Shown: piece after piece, positions 10,313 to 19,927 of the stretch
Layout of the letters: each line of letters opens with the position of its first letter
Position numbering within the stretch: the stretch's first letter is position 1
Assembly: GCA_963803575.1 (NCBI GenBank)
Contig: CAWDMW010000001.1
Location: forward strand, 16,086-80,085
Direction of reading: 5' to 3'
Length of the DNA: 64,000 nt
Origin: an uncultured Alphaproteobacteria bacterium
GTDB taxonomy: Bacteria > Pseudomonadota > Alphaproteobacteria > Rickettsiales > UBA998
The notes under the pieces: model-generated
Seen by the model: only the letters and a program-made list of their open reading frames with translations
Databases searched by the model: none
Told to the model about the DNA's origin: nothing
Position numbers and translations under genes: made by a program

Positions 10313-10349
10313 TTGCGTCTAATATATAATAACACTATATTGGACGCAA
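10313..10349. promoter_or_regulatory. Candidate TetR operator (14-bp-arm inverted repeat) in the tetR / MFP divergent intergenic region
   Basis: ttgcgtctaatata (10313-10326), a 9-nt spacer, then tatattggacgcaa (10336-10349). The arms are reverse complements with one mismatch. Confidence 0.5.
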
Positions 10350-10370
10350 GCGTTTAATAAAGGATGGCAC

Positions 10371-11528
10371 ATGGCTAGACAAACTTACTCTTCGAAGCGA
10401 ATCCTCGTTGCAGCCATAGTGTTCTTTGCCGTACTTATTGCTGTTTTGCTTGTTGGTAGCGGTTCTCCATTTGGTATTTCGTTTGATGAAGATAACACCA
10501 ACACGACTCAACCTGTAAAGGCAAAAGCTGCAACCTATCAAGATAGCTACATCTACGCGCGTGACTTTATTGGACAAGTTGAGGCGCAGCAAACTTCACA
10601 AGCTGGCTTTGAGATTGGCGGGATGCTCAAGCGCATGCCCTATGATGAAGGGGATGTCGTTAAAGCTGGCGATGTGCTGGCGGAGTTGGACATTCAGCGA
10701 TTAAACGCGCGTAGAAATGAAGCGGATGCGGGATTGACGCGCGCAAAAGCCGATGCAAAGCTCGCTGCCAGCACCTATAAGCGTTTTGCAGAAGCACGCA
10801 AAGCCAATGCCGTTTCTGCGCAGGAGAAAGATGAAGCACGTGAGACCCGTGACACCACAGCTGCCTCAGTCAGCATTGCCAAAGCGCAGCTTGAAAGCAT
10901 CGCAGTTGATATTGAAAAATCAAAGCTAATTTCGCCCTTTGATGGTGTTGTCATTAAGCGTATGACAGATGTTGGCACCGTGGTGGGAGCCGGACAAGCC
11001 GTATTAGAGATTCAGCAAAATTCACCTTATGATGTGCGCATTGGTGTTACAAGTAAGATGGCAAATGAGCTAAATGTAGGACAGAAGAAATCTGTCATAG
11101 TGGATGGAAGCTCTCATGAAGCGACCATCCGCTCGATTCTGCCAGTGCGTGGGCAAGCCCGAACAGTGAATGTTATTTTGGAGCTAGACCACAATAACCG
11201 TTTAATCCGCCCTGGCGATGTTGTGCGCTTACCGCTGGAATATAGTGTTGACCAGCGAGGTTTCTGGGTGCCACTTACCGCTCTCAAAGAGGGTAAGCGT
11301 GGTTTGTGGTCACTATACGTAGCTAACAATGATCATTCAGACAGTGACGAGCTAACACAAACAAGTTTAAGCGCAGAGCGCCGCGCCGTTGAGGTGCATT
11401 ACACAGGCAGCGAACGCGCCTATGTTTCGGGGGCTATGAAAGAAGGTGAAATGATCGTTGTGAAGGGAACGTCTAAATTGGTTCCTGGTCAGCAAATTCG
11501 GGTTGTAGGAGCAGATGATGAGCAATAA
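10371..11528 (+). CDS. RND efflux membrane-fusion (periplasmic adaptor) protein
   Basis: Has an N-terminal TM anchor, a lipoyl/hairpin pattern (GDVVKAGDVLAELD..coiled coil..ISPFDGVVIKR) and a beta-barrel tail. It overlaps the RND gene by 14 nt. Confidence 0.9.
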   Translation: MARQTYSSKRILVAAIVFFAVLIAVLLVGSGSPFGISFDEDNTNTTQPVKAKAATYQDSYIYARDFIGQVEAQQTSQAGFEIGGMLKRMPYDEGDVVKAGDVLAELDIQRLNARRNEADAGLTRAKADAKLAASTYKRFAEARKANAVSAQEKDEARETRDTTAASVSIAKAQLESIAVDIEKSKLISPFDGVVIKRMTDVGTVVGAGQAVLEIQQNSPYDVRIGVTSKMANELNVGQKKSVIVDGSSHEATIRSILPVRGQARTVNVILELDHNNRLIRPGDVVRLPLEYSVDQRGFWVPLTALKEGKRGLWSLYVANNDHSDSDELTQTSLSAERRAVEVHYTGSERAYVSGAMKEGEMIVVKGTSKLVPGQQIRVVGADDEQ

Positions 11529-14500
11529 CTCTGCCGGACGCGATATTGCTACACTGTATTTTCGCAATAAGCATTTGCTGGTGCTGACAATCATCATACT
11601 ACTTATTGGCGGGCTAGGGGCTGTTAGTAACTTACCCCGATTAGAAGACCCGCGCATCACCACGCGTAATGCTACCATTCTCACTTTTTTGCCGGGCGCA
11701 TCAGCAGAGCGTGTGGAAGCATTGGTGAATGAGAAAATTGAAGACATACTGGAAGAAATTGCCGAAATCAAAAATATTAGCAGCACTGCAAGGTCTGGGG
11801 TTTCAAGTATTTTAATAGAGCTTAAAGATAGTGTCACGAACGATACCAACGAACAGATTTTTTCTAAAATTCGCTCTCGATTGCAAAATGTGCAAGGGAA
11901 CCTTCCCCCTGCTGCCACCATCCCTTTCTTAGATGATCAGCGCAGTGTAGCGGCCTACACGATGATTATTGGTATTAGCTGGAATGGTGAAGGCGAGCCA
12001 CCGATGGGGATCTTGCAACGTATTGCCTTAGACCTTAAAGACCGGATGCTCAACGCGGGTAATACCGAGCTGGTTCGGGTGTTTGGCGGGGTGGATGAAG
12101 AGATTATCGTCACGCCTGATGCAGGTGAGTTAGCCGTCCTCAATATGAGCGCAAGAACACTTGCACAAATAATTGCTAATGCTGATAGTAAAGTATCTGC
12201 GGGGCAATTGCGCGGGAGAAATCAAGATGTGCAAATTGAAGTGGACGGGGCGCTGAACAGCATTGATCGTGTTGCGCATATCCCTGTCTTAACGGGTGAT
12301 CGTGGGACTATCCTTAAGGTTGGAGATATTGCTACGGTGAAGCGCGGCATTCAAAGTCCACCAGCACAAATTGGCCTAAAAGATGGCGCACGAACAATCT
12401 ATGTTGCTGTGCGCGCTGATAAGAATGTTCGCGTTGATCTATGGACGCAAAAAGCACTCGCTGAATACAAAGATTTCCGCACGCAATATTCCGATATGAT
12501 CGGGATGGATATAATTTTTGAACAAAATAAGTATACTGAAGCACGACTCAATGATTTAGTAAGAAATCTGGTAATGGGTTCACTGTTTGTAGTAGCGATT
12601 GTGCTGCTTACGATGGGATGGAAATCAGCATTAGTGGTCGGTTCTGTGTTGCCGCTAGCCTGTGCTGGTGCAATATTCTCCTTCAACTTTCTCGACCAAT
12701 CCATCCATCAAATGTCTATTTTTGGAATGATTATTGCCATCGGTTTGCTTATTGATTGCGCGATTGTGATGACCGATGAAGTGCGCAAATCCATCCGAGA
12801 AAAAGGCATGAAACGCATTGATGCAATGCGCCATTCTGTTCACCATCTGTTCGCACCATTGCTTGCTTCGACTATTACGACCATTCTTGGGTTTATGCCA
12901 ATTTTCTTGCTTCCCGGTAACGCGGGGGACTTCGTTGGCCCCATTGCGCTTAGTGTCGTGCTAGCACTAATATTCTCATTTTTGCTTGCTATTACAGTCA
13001 TCCCGGCGCTTGCTGCACGCAGTAGCAGCAACACCAGCAAAACTCAAGAAAGCACACAACATTGGTGGCGCGCAGGGATGAAAGCACCACGTGTTTTTAC
13101 TGATATACGTCAATTCACGCTACACGCTATCGAGCGCCCGAAGCGCTATTTATTCCTTACTACCATACCCTGTATCATTGGCTTTGGTTTGACAGGCACC
13201 ATGCCCATGGAGTTCTTCCCACCCGCCGACCGCGATATGTTTGAGGTGCAGATGTATTTGCCGAGCGATAGCTCAATTGATTATACGCAGCGCCAGGTTG
13301 CCATTGCTGATAAGGTGATAAAAGCCTTTGACGGCGTGCAGAAAGTACACTGGCTGATAGGCGCGTCAACGCCATCGGTGTATTACAATCAAATCCCTAG
13401 CCAAGATAATAACAGCGCCTATGCGCAAGCCGTCGTCACTGCAAAAGATAATCAAACCGCTAATAGGCTCCTCTCGCTGATACAAAATGCGCTGAACGAG
13501 GCGTTACCTAACGCCAAACCTATTACCAAGAAATTTGCGCAAGGCCCGCCTGCCGATGCGCCCGTTGCCTTCCGCGTGCTAGGATCAGATATTGATAAAT
13601 TGCGTACACTTGGCGAAGAATTGCGCGGCATTATGCATCAACACCCTGATATCGTACATACCCGTGCCAGCATTGAGGGCGGACAAACCAAGCTATGGTT
13701 CCGCGCCGATGAAGCCGAGGCCGACTTTGCCGGACTGAATTTGGTGAATATCGCCAATCAGTTTCAAGGCAATCTAGAAGGATTCATAGGCGGAAGCATT
13801 TTAGAGGATGTCCAAGAAATACCCGTGCGAGTGCGGTTGGGCGATGCAGAGCGTGAGAATATATCCAGCGTTGGTAATGTGCAACTCAGTGCTATAGGGG
13901 CAGGCAGATGGCTCCCCGCAGAAGCGCTTGGAGACTTGGATTTACGCCCCGAAACCGCTGAAATATCACGCTATAATGGCAAGCGCGTGAATAATATCCT
14001 TGCTTACATTAAAGGCGCGGCAAAACCCGTATCTATCTCCTCCACCGTGTTAGAGCAGATAGAAAGCACTATTGATATTCCTGCAGGCTACAGCATTGAT
14101 GTCGCCGGAGAAAGCGAGGAGCAAACTGATGCGATTGGAGGGCTTGCCACCTTTGCGCCTGTTCTGCTGACCATGATGATTGCCACGATCATTCTTACCT
14201 TCCGCAGTGTTGCATTAGCTACAATCGTTTTTGCCGTAGCGATATTATCAGTGGGCTTAGGCATGTTATCGCTCAAGATTGCAGGCTATCCGCTAGGTTT
14301 TAACCCTCTGATTGGTACAATCGGGTTGGCTGGCGTGATTATCAACGATACGATTGTGATTTTAGCCGCCATTTTGGGTAATGAGACAGCACGTAAAGGT
14401 AGTGGCGAAGAAATTGTTAAGGAAACCTATGGCTGTAGCCGCCACGTACTTTCCACAACATTTACGACTATTGGAGGTTTTATTCCGCTGCTTTTATTTT

Positions 14501-14673
14501 CAGGTGGAACGTTCTGGCCGCCGCTTACTGTAGTCATTGCAGGCGGCATGGGGTTTTCCATTGTACTTGCTATGTTTTTTACGCCGCTCGCTTACAAATT
14601 TTATGCTGATATGTATTACCGTAAACAACACCAGCCTCAACAGCACCCAGCTGCACAGGAGGCTGCCATATGA
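11515..14673 (+). CDS. RND inner-membrane efflux transporter (AcrB/AcrD/AcrF family)
   Basis: 1052 aa with two 6-TM bundles and two large periplasmic loops. Typical start FRNKHLLVLTIIILLIGGLGAVSNLPRLEDP. Sits between the MFP and OMF genes. Confidence 0.92.
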   Translation: MMSNNSAGRDIATLYFRNKHLLVLTIIILLIGGLGAVSNLPRLEDPRITTRNATILTFLPGASAERVEALVNEKIEDILEEIAEIKNISSTARSGVSSILIELKDSVTNDTNEQIFSKIRSRLQNVQGNLPPAATIPFLDDQRSVAAYTMIIGISWNGEGEPPMGILQRIALDLKDRMLNAGNTELVRVFGGVDEEIIVTPDAGELAVLNMSARTLAQIIANADSKVSAGQLRGRNQDVQIEVDGALNSIDRVAHIPVLTGDRGTILKVGDIATVKRGIQSPPAQIGLKDGARTIYVAVRADKNVRVDLWTQKALAEYKDFRTQYSDMIGMDIIFEQNKYTEARLNDLVRNLVMGSLFVVAIVLLTMGWKSALVVGSVLPLACAGAIFSFNFLDQSIHQMSIFGMIIAIGLLIDCAIVMTDEVRKSIREKGMKRIDAMRHSVHHLFAPLLASTITTILGFMPIFLLPGNAGDFVGPIALSVVLALIFSFLLAITVIPALAARSSSNTSKTQESTQHWWRAGMKAPRVFTDIRQFTLHAIERPKRYLFLTTIPCIIGFGLTGTMPMEFFPPADRDMFEVQMYLPSDSSIDYTQRQVAIADKVIKAFDGVQKVHWLIGASTPSVYYNQIPSQDNNSAYAQAVVTAKDNQTANRLLSLIQNALNEALPNAKPITKKFAQGPPADAPVAFRVLGSDIDKLRTLGEELRGIMHQHPDIVHTRASIEGGQTKLWFRADEAEADFAGLNLVNIANQFQGNLEGFIGGSILEDVQEIPVRVRLGDAERENISSVGNVQLSAIGAGRWLPAEALGDLDLRPETAEISRYNGKRVNNILAYIKGAAKPVSISSTVLEQIESTIDIPAGYSIDVAGESEEQTDAIGGLATFAPVLLTMMIATIILTFRSVALATIVFAVAILSVGLGMLSLKIAGYPLGFNPLIGTIGLAGVIINDTIVILAAILGNETARKGSGEEIVKETYGCSRHVLSTTFTTIGGFIPLLLFSGGTFWPPLTVVIAGGMGFSIVLAMFFTPLAYKFYADMYYRKQHQPQQHPAAQEAAI

Positions 14674-16130
14674 AACAGACGCTTTGCGCAACACTCGCCT
14701 TGCTAATGTTATCTGGCTGCGCAGTTGGGCCAGACTATAGCTTTCCAACATTTGAAACCAAAGAGTGGATCGAACAACCCCAGTCTAATGAAGCGACTAT
14801 GACGGATTGGTGGCGAGTATTTGATGACCCGATTTTATCAGGACTGGTAGCCAAGGTTGGAAAAGATAATTTAGACATTGAAATCGCGCGGGCGCGTATT
14901 GCAGAAGCACGCGCTTTACGCGGCGTAGCGCGGTCACCGTTATTGCCATCCATTGGAGTCAGCAGCGCCTTTACCCGCAACAAACAAAGCCTGAATAATC
15001 CGCAATTCATCCAAGCGCCGGGTATTGATATTCCGCAAATCCAAAACACTTATGATGCAGGCTTCGATGCCTCGTGGGAGATTGACCTGTTTGGCGGAAA
15101 CCGCCGCGCTCTAGAAGCCGCCACCGCACGGTTAGAGGGCACAGAGGCATTGCGTAATAACGTCATTTTATCTGTTGTTGCTGAAACCGCGCGTAATTAT
15201 ATTGAGCTACGGGGAAACCAGAAGCGCGCGGCGCTACTTAAACGCAACGCGGAGCTTCAGCAGCAAACGGTAGACTTAGTGAAAGCCTCGTTTGAGAGTG
15301 GCTTATCACGTGAGATTGATGTCACCCGCGCCGATGCCCAGCTTGCGAATACGCAAGCGCTTATTCCTAATCTTGAGGCTGAGATTCGTGCTGGTTCATA
15401 CCGCCTCGCCGTATTAACTGCCCAACAACCTGGTGAGCTGTTCTCGCTGCTTGAGCAAAATAAGCCACTGCCAGCCCCGCGCGAAGTGGTGCCACTCGGT
15501 TTGCAATCTGATTTGCTGCGTCGTCGCCCCGATATTCAAATAGCGGAGCGGAACTTAGCCGCTTCTAACGCCGATGTGGGGGTTGCTGTGGCAGAACTCT
15601 ATCCCAGCTTTAACCTAACTGGCAGTATTGGGTTTTTAGCCGCAAGCTCCGGAAACCTTTTTGAAAGCGCCAGTGAGAGCTTTCTTTTATCGCCCTTTAT
15701 TAATTTCCCTATCTTTGAAGGTGGGCGCTTACGAGCGCAAATTGATGCGGCAGAAGCGCGTAACTCTATCGCTGCCACTCAATATGAACAAACCGTACTA
15801 CGCGCTTTGGAAGAAACGGAAAGCAGTCTCATCCGTTACGCTAAAGAGCAAGAAACACGAGAAAAACTTGAGCAAGCGGTCAGTGCGTCTAAGCGTTCGG
15901 CGCAGCTGTCAAATATTCTCTACGAGAAAGGTCTAACGGATTTTATTGATGTGTTGGAAGCTGAGCGTGCCTTGACGTCTACGCAAGATGCACTCGTACA
16001 GTCAGAAACACGGGCACTAACGAATTTGACCGCTTTATATAAATCACTTGGTGGTGGCTGGGAGCTGTTCGCTGAAAAGAAGCAAGCAGGTAATCAAAAC
16101 GCTGAAACCAGTATCACCGAATTGGAATAA
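14670..16130 (+). CDS. Outer-membrane factor lipoprotein (NodT/OprM family)
   Basis: Lipobox LLMLSGC, WW..F.D..L motif and a duplicated alpha-hairpin/beta-barrel repeat. Its ATGA start overlaps the RND stop. Confidence 0.9.
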   Translation: MKQTLCATLALLMLSGCAVGPDYSFPTFETKEWIEQPQSNEATMTDWWRVFDDPILSGLVAKVGKDNLDIEIARARIAEARALRGVARSPLLPSIGVSSAFTRNKQSLNNPQFIQAPGIDIPQIQNTYDAGFDASWEIDLFGGNRRALEAATARLEGTEALRNNVILSVVAETARNYIELRGNQKRAALLKRNAELQQQTVDLVKASFESGLSREIDVTRADAQLANTQALIPNLEAEIRAGSYRLAVLTAQQPGELFSLLEQNKPLPAPREVVPLGLQSDLLRRRPDIQIAERNLAASNADVGVAVAELYPSFNLTGSIGFLAASSGNLFESASESFLLSPFINFPIFEGGRLRAQIDAAEARNSIAATQYEQTVLRALEETESSLIRYAKEQETREKLEQAVSASKRSAQLSNILYEKGLTDFIDVLEAERALTSTQDALVQSETRALTNLTALYKSLGGGWELFAEKKQAGNQNAETSITELE

Positions 16131-16170
16131 GAATGCTGACTGGATTTAAACTGTAAACTTAGGAGAAACA

Positions 16171-16512
16171 ATGAAACCACCCTTTAAAATACTAACCACG
16201 TGCGCTGGCCTATTAACGCTAGCCGCCTGCAGTGGTACCGATAATTATGTGGAAACCCCAATTTTACAAGTAGCTGAGCGTGACATGGCTCCCGCACAAG
16301 CATTAGATCAGCTTTTTACGAATCGGCCAGTGCCATACCGCATTGCATTAGGCGAGGCAGATAAAGAAACGGGAGAATGTCCGGATATTGATACAAACTC
16401 CGATGCTACTGGTGTAACCACGTCATCAAATGATGCATCCAGCGGTTCAATTATTTTTTTTAGCCATCTATCAGTCCTCTATACGTTAGGCGTTTTCCAG
16501 TCATTCCGATAA
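16171..16512 (+). CDS. Small lipoprotein whose 3' end is replaced by IS-derived sequence
   Basis: Lipobox LTLAAC. From about 16460 the reading frame runs into the antisense strand of the IS1595 relic, so the native C-terminus is probably lost. Confidence 0.45.
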   Translation: MKPPFKILTTCAGLLTLAACSGTDNYVETPILQVAERDMAPAQALDQLFTNRPVPYRIALGEADKETGECPDIDTNSDATGVTTSSNDASSGSIIFFSHLSVLYTLGVFQSFR

Positions 16513-16896
16513 AGTTGATAGTATCAACCTGTGATGTATTATGACGGAATGAAAACTCGTTTACATAGCGGTGCAGGTGCTTCACGCTCATATGGTGATA
16601 TATGCCATAATAACCACGTTTTAGTAATGCCCAAAAACTTTCTATGCCGTTTGTGCGAACACTAAAACGCTTGCGACAGTCCTTACAACGGTAAGGCATG
16701 GGCTTATGATCTTTACATTCAGTTACACGAATGCTACCGCAATGAGGTCAAACTGTTTCACCATTCCAGCGTTTTTCTTCAAAGAACTGACGCGCTGATT
16801 CTTCATTAGGGAATCTTTGGAATAATTCGTAAAGGCTAAATGTTTCTGATTTATCGCTCGTAGGATTAAATTGGCCAAAAGCGACAGGTAAGTCAA
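16460..16896 (-). pseudogene. IS1595-family transposase relic with an in-frame TGA and an internal deletion of the DDE domain
   Basis: My own translation gives ..[62 protein letters not shown]|[37 protein letters not shown]. The zinc-ribbon N-terminus is joined directly to the C-terminal motif, and the stop replaces the first Cys of CPHCG. Confidence 0.8.
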
Positions 16897-17193
16897 GCTA
16901 TATTTGGCTAGTTAAGTATATAGACCCCCTAACATTTATAGAAGGAACTATACGCTGCGCATTATTTAATCAGACTAATGGCTTTCCATCCGAGCTAGCT
17001 GTGGCAACGACTGACTATGTGATCGAGTGGCGAGGCAGTCCTTGCTATGAAGTCGGCAGAGCATTCCGCAAGTATGCACGACAGGCAGGCTTGGGATGGA
17101 TAGAGGAACACTACCTCAAACACCATCCAGATCACCTGAAGGATGCCACCTCTGCGCTGAAGCAAATATATGCCTAGAATCACGATTTCTGGG

Positions 17194-17296
17194 GGGAATG
17201 GTGGCCCTTGGTAGACAAATTCAGAACCTCGATTGAGCATAGGCTGTTGATTTATAGTATAAACAAAAAATTTCTGCGGCCAAAATTCTCCGTTAA
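17194..17296 (+). repeat. Right copy of the ~105-bp imperfect direct repeat
   Basis: Aligns with 8754..8859 (see that entry). It abuts the stop codon of the GNAT gene (17299). Confidence 0.8.
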
Positions 17297-17298
17297 TG

Positions 17299-17718
17299 CT
17301 AGCGGATAATTTTGGTCATTTGAACGCAGTCTTCTGCTATGCCTTCTAATTCACTTTGATCCCATATTTCTTCTGTGAACCCTATTTTGTGATAAAATCC
17401 AACCGACTCAGGCGCGGCGTTGACAAGTAATTTCTTGGCTCCATGACGTGTGGTATATTGCTCTATCTGCTTATACATATTGGCACTATGTTTTTTTCCT
17501 TGCTTGCTTTTTGTAACGGCAAGTAAGCGCAATATTGCTTTATCCCCTGTAAAATCCACTTGAACAGTAGCTATTGGGGATAGAGGATGATTGTTTGGCA
17601 GGCGTTCATCGGGATGATTAGAATCATAATCTCTGTTAGGAAATAGCTCAGCCTTCCTGATGGCGTTATACGCATTCGAATCATCTTCTGTTGATACTTT
17701 TTCTAAAATATACGTCAT
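17299..17718 (-). CDS. GNAT-family N-acetyltransferase
   Basis: LLAVTKSKQGKKHSANMYKQIEQYTTRHGAKKLLVNAAPESVGFYHKIGF carries the Q/R-x-x-G-x-G/A-like acetyl-CoA site and the C-terminal FY.K.GF motif. Confidence 0.75.
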   Translation of the reverse strand: MTYILEKVSTEDDSNAYNAIRKAELFPNRDYDSNHPDERLPNNHPLSPIATVQVDFTGDKAILRLLAVTKSKQGKKHSANMYKQIEQYTTRHGAKKLLVNAAPESVGFYHKIGFTEEIWDQSELEGIAEDCVQMTKIIR

Positions 17719-17841
17719 GATCTTAGCCTAATTCAATTTAAGAACAGGATACCAAACAATTGTTAAAAATCTAGGAATAGAACCAAAACAGGCAAAGAGT
17801 TGCAATGACTTGCGTGTTCACAGCCTATGATTTGTGGATTA

Positions 17842-17918
17842 TGGTGGGCGGTAAGAGATTCGAACTCCCGGCCTCGTCGATGTCAACGACGCGCTCTAAC
17901 CAACTGAGCTAACCGCCC
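17842..17918 (-). tRNA. tRNA-Val (anticodon GAC), CCA encoded
   Basis: The reverse complement reads GGGCGGTTAGCTCAGTTGGTTAGAGCGCGTCGTTGACATCGACGAGGCCGGGAGTTCGAATCTCTTACCGCCCACCA. It folds by hand into a cloverleaf: 7-bp acceptor stem, anticodon stem CGTCG/CGACG with loop TTGACAT, and a TTCGAAT T-loop. Confidence 0.93.
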
Positions 17919-17935
17919 TCAAAACTATGCTGCGT

Positions 17936-17963
17936 AATATAACCTAATTGACGGTCTTGTAAA
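17936..17963 (-). promoter_or_regulatory. Candidate promoter for tRNA-Val
   Basis: On the minus strand: TTTACA (17963-17958), a 16-nt spacer, then TATATT (17941-17936), about 18 nt upstream of the tRNA 5' end. Confidence 0.35.
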
Positions 17964-18011
17964 GAGGTTGGTGGTCAAAATCCTCAATTATATAGTTAAA
18001 CACCAGAATCC

Positions 18012-18365
18012 TCAGTGTGACACACGCATCACTGCAGAATATATTCTAATATAGAAATATATTTCTATAGACAACACCATAATAAAACTAATAATGTTAG
18101 TATGCGTGTCAGCGCTGGGCATAATGTATAGGTCTAAAAACATAGAATCTAGCATCGCTAACCCAATTAGCAGGCATTGTACAATAATTGGTATAGTTAG
18201 ACATGTAAAACGCTCGATAAAATCCTGTCCATCATCTTTTTCATTGATGCCATAGATCCATACAGTGCCGAAAATTGCGAACAATGCATAAATGACATCC
18301 ATTGCACAATCCCATAATGTAATAGGGTAATAAATCCAGTCACCTTCTGATTCTAACAATAACAT
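18012..18365 (-). CDS. Small multi-pass membrane protein of unknown function (possibly 5'-truncated)
   Basis: 117 aa with about four hydrophobic helices. The frame stays open about 40 codons upstream of the ATG (..NDKTLAQRLKEKTVSSREKLTYFIISQVLV..) without any ATG/GTG/TTG. Confidence 0.45.
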   Translation of the reverse strand: MLLLESEGDWIYYPITLWDCAMDVIYALFAIFGTVWIYGINEKDDGQDFIERFTCLTIPIIVQCLLIGLAMLDSMFLDLYIMPSADTHTNIISFIMVLSIEIYFYIRIYSAVMRVSH

Positions 18366-18526
18366 GAATATATAACTAGAAGTGATTGTGACTAAAACTT
18401 GCGAAATAATGAAGTAGGTGAGCTTCTCTCGCGAGGAAACAGTCTTTTCCTTGAGACGTTGCGCTAATGTTTTGTCGTTGAAAAAATTTATGCTGTATAA
18501 CCTATAAGCTGTTTATGTTCATTCTA

Positions 18527-19081
18527 TTAAGTTATTTGGCGACCTAACTGCTTGACCGCCCGCACTTCCGATTCGCTCGTCAAATTGCCTTTATCGTCAA
18601 ACATTTCAAAACCTTTCCCTACCGCGCGCATGTTTGGATGCACGTGTACGTTCATATTCATCAGTAATGCACGCAACTGGTAAAGCCCACGCAATCCGCC
18701 AAGCGCGCCCGGGGCGACTGCCATGATGGAGGCTTTTTTACCTGAAAAGGCGTGAAGCGGTGGCTCATCTTTCATCGTTGGACGGGACAGCCAGTCAATC
18801 GTATTTTTCAATACCCCGCTATAGCCGCTATTATATTCAGGTGAGGCAATAAGAAAACCGTCTGCTTTTACAAAGAATTCTTTGAGGGTTTTGGCTGTGT
18901 CAGGGTAGCCACCGTCTGCTTCAAGATCACCATCATATAAAGGCATGGGGTAATCTTTTAAATCAATATAAGTAACGTTTGCTCCGCCCTCTTCGGCTCC
19001 CTGAACGGCTATTTGTACAAGTTTTTTATTGAGTGATTCTTTGCGAGTGCTTCCGGCAAACGCGATGATAGATGATGGCAT
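18527..19081 (-). CDS. NADPH-dependent FMN reductase family protein
   Basis: Contains FAGSTRKESLNKKL (flavodoxin-like P-loop) and SPEYNSGYSGVLKNTIDWLSR. Confidence 0.85.
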   Translation of the reverse strand: MPSSIIAFAGSTRKESLNKKLVQIAVQGAEEGGANVTYIDLKDYPMPLYDGDLEADGGYPDTAKTLKEFFVKADGFLIASPEYNSGYSGVLKNTIDWLSRPTMKDEPPLHAFSGKKASIMAVAPGALGGLRGLYQLRALLMNMNVHVHPNMRAVGKGFEMFDDKGNLTSESEVRAVKQLGRQIT

Positions 19082-19132
19082 GTGAGTCGTTCCTGTTATG
19101 ATTGAGTTGTAATGTTAGTGATATAGATCATC

Positions 19133-19834
19133 TTATGGCAGATCGAACATCAGAATTTCGCTTTGTGTAACGGAATTAATGTGCAGTTTGCTTTCATCAA
19201 AAAGTGCAAACCCATCTCCTGCACTGGCTTCTTCCCCATTCACTTCTGCACGACCAGACGCGATTTGTACCCACGTACGGCGCTTAGGGTAAAGCTTAAG
19301 ATTATGCGTGCTCCCTTCATGCAGACGTCCAATAAGCAATCGTGCATTCTGGCGGATAATGAGTGATCCGTCTGCGCCATCAGGCGAGACAACCACACAA
19401 AACTGATTATCCAGCATCAGTGCGTCAAACGAGCGCTCCTGATAATTTGCCTTGCCGCCCTGCACATTGGGCATAACCCACATTTGTAGAAAATGTACCG
19501 GATGTTCGTCTGATCCATTAAATTCGCTATGCACCACACCGGACGCCGCACTCATGATTTGTACGTCGCCATGACGAATAGAGGAGCCATTGCCCATATC
19601 ATCTTTGTGCGCCAGCTCGCCCTCCAGTACGTAAGAAATAATTTCCATATCGCTATGTCCGTGAGAACCAAAGCCAGCCCCTGGAATAACACGATCGTCA
19701 TTAATCACGCGCAAGTCACCAAACCCCATATGCTTGGGGTCCTGGTAATGTCCGAATGAAAAGCTATGACTGGAATCCAGCCAACCTGTATAAGTGCGTC
19801 CCCGCTCATCTCTGTGTCGTTTTGTTTGCATCAC
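19133..19834 (-). CDS. Pirin-family bicupin (YhhW-like)
   Basis: Contains GFGSHGHSDMEIISYVLEGELAHKDDMGN (cupin metal site H.H...E) and a second cupin half. Confidence 0.88.
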   Translation of the reverse strand: MMQTKRHRDERGRTYTGWLDSSHSFSFGHYQDPKHMGFGDLRVINDDRVIPGAGFGSHGHSDMEIISYVLEGELAHKDDMGNGSSIRHGDVQIMSAASGVVHSEFNGSDEHPVHFLQMWVMPNVQGGKANYQERSFDALMLDNQFCVVVSPDGADGSLIIRQNARLLIGRLHEGSTHNLKLYPKRRTWVQIASGRAEVNGEEASAGDGFALFDESKLHINSVTQSEILMFDLP

Positions 19835-19927
19835 ATTTCCTTTAAATTCGTATGACGGAAATGGACAGTATCAATATTTTTTCATGAAGGATACCCTTGA
19901 AATGATTTCTATGGTTACTGGTGGAAA

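Noticed and set aside
8917-16896. A composite transposon formed by the two IS1595-family elements flanking the efflux genes.
   Set aside because: The two elements are different IS types with unrelated ends and transposase sequences, both are inactivated, and no shared terminal repeats or target duplications are visible. They mark the island borders but do not form a functional composite transposon.
16878-17178. Start-less plus-strand open frame (..TDYVIEWRGSPCYEVGRAFRKYARQAGLGWIEEHYLKHHPDHLKDATSALKQIYA*) ending just before the right repeat copy.
   Set aside because: It has no start codon and no motif I can place, and its 5' end overlaps the IS relic. It may be the 3' remnant of a disrupted gene, but I cannot support a call. 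BLAST of this fragment would be worthwhile.
17299-17718. The GNAT acetyltransferase as a TacT/AtaT-type toxin of a toxin-antitoxin pair.
   Set aside because: No small RHH/DUF1778-type antitoxin ORF lies upstream. Only a 123-bp intergenic region separates it from the tRNA. It is more likely an ordinary stand-alone GNAT.
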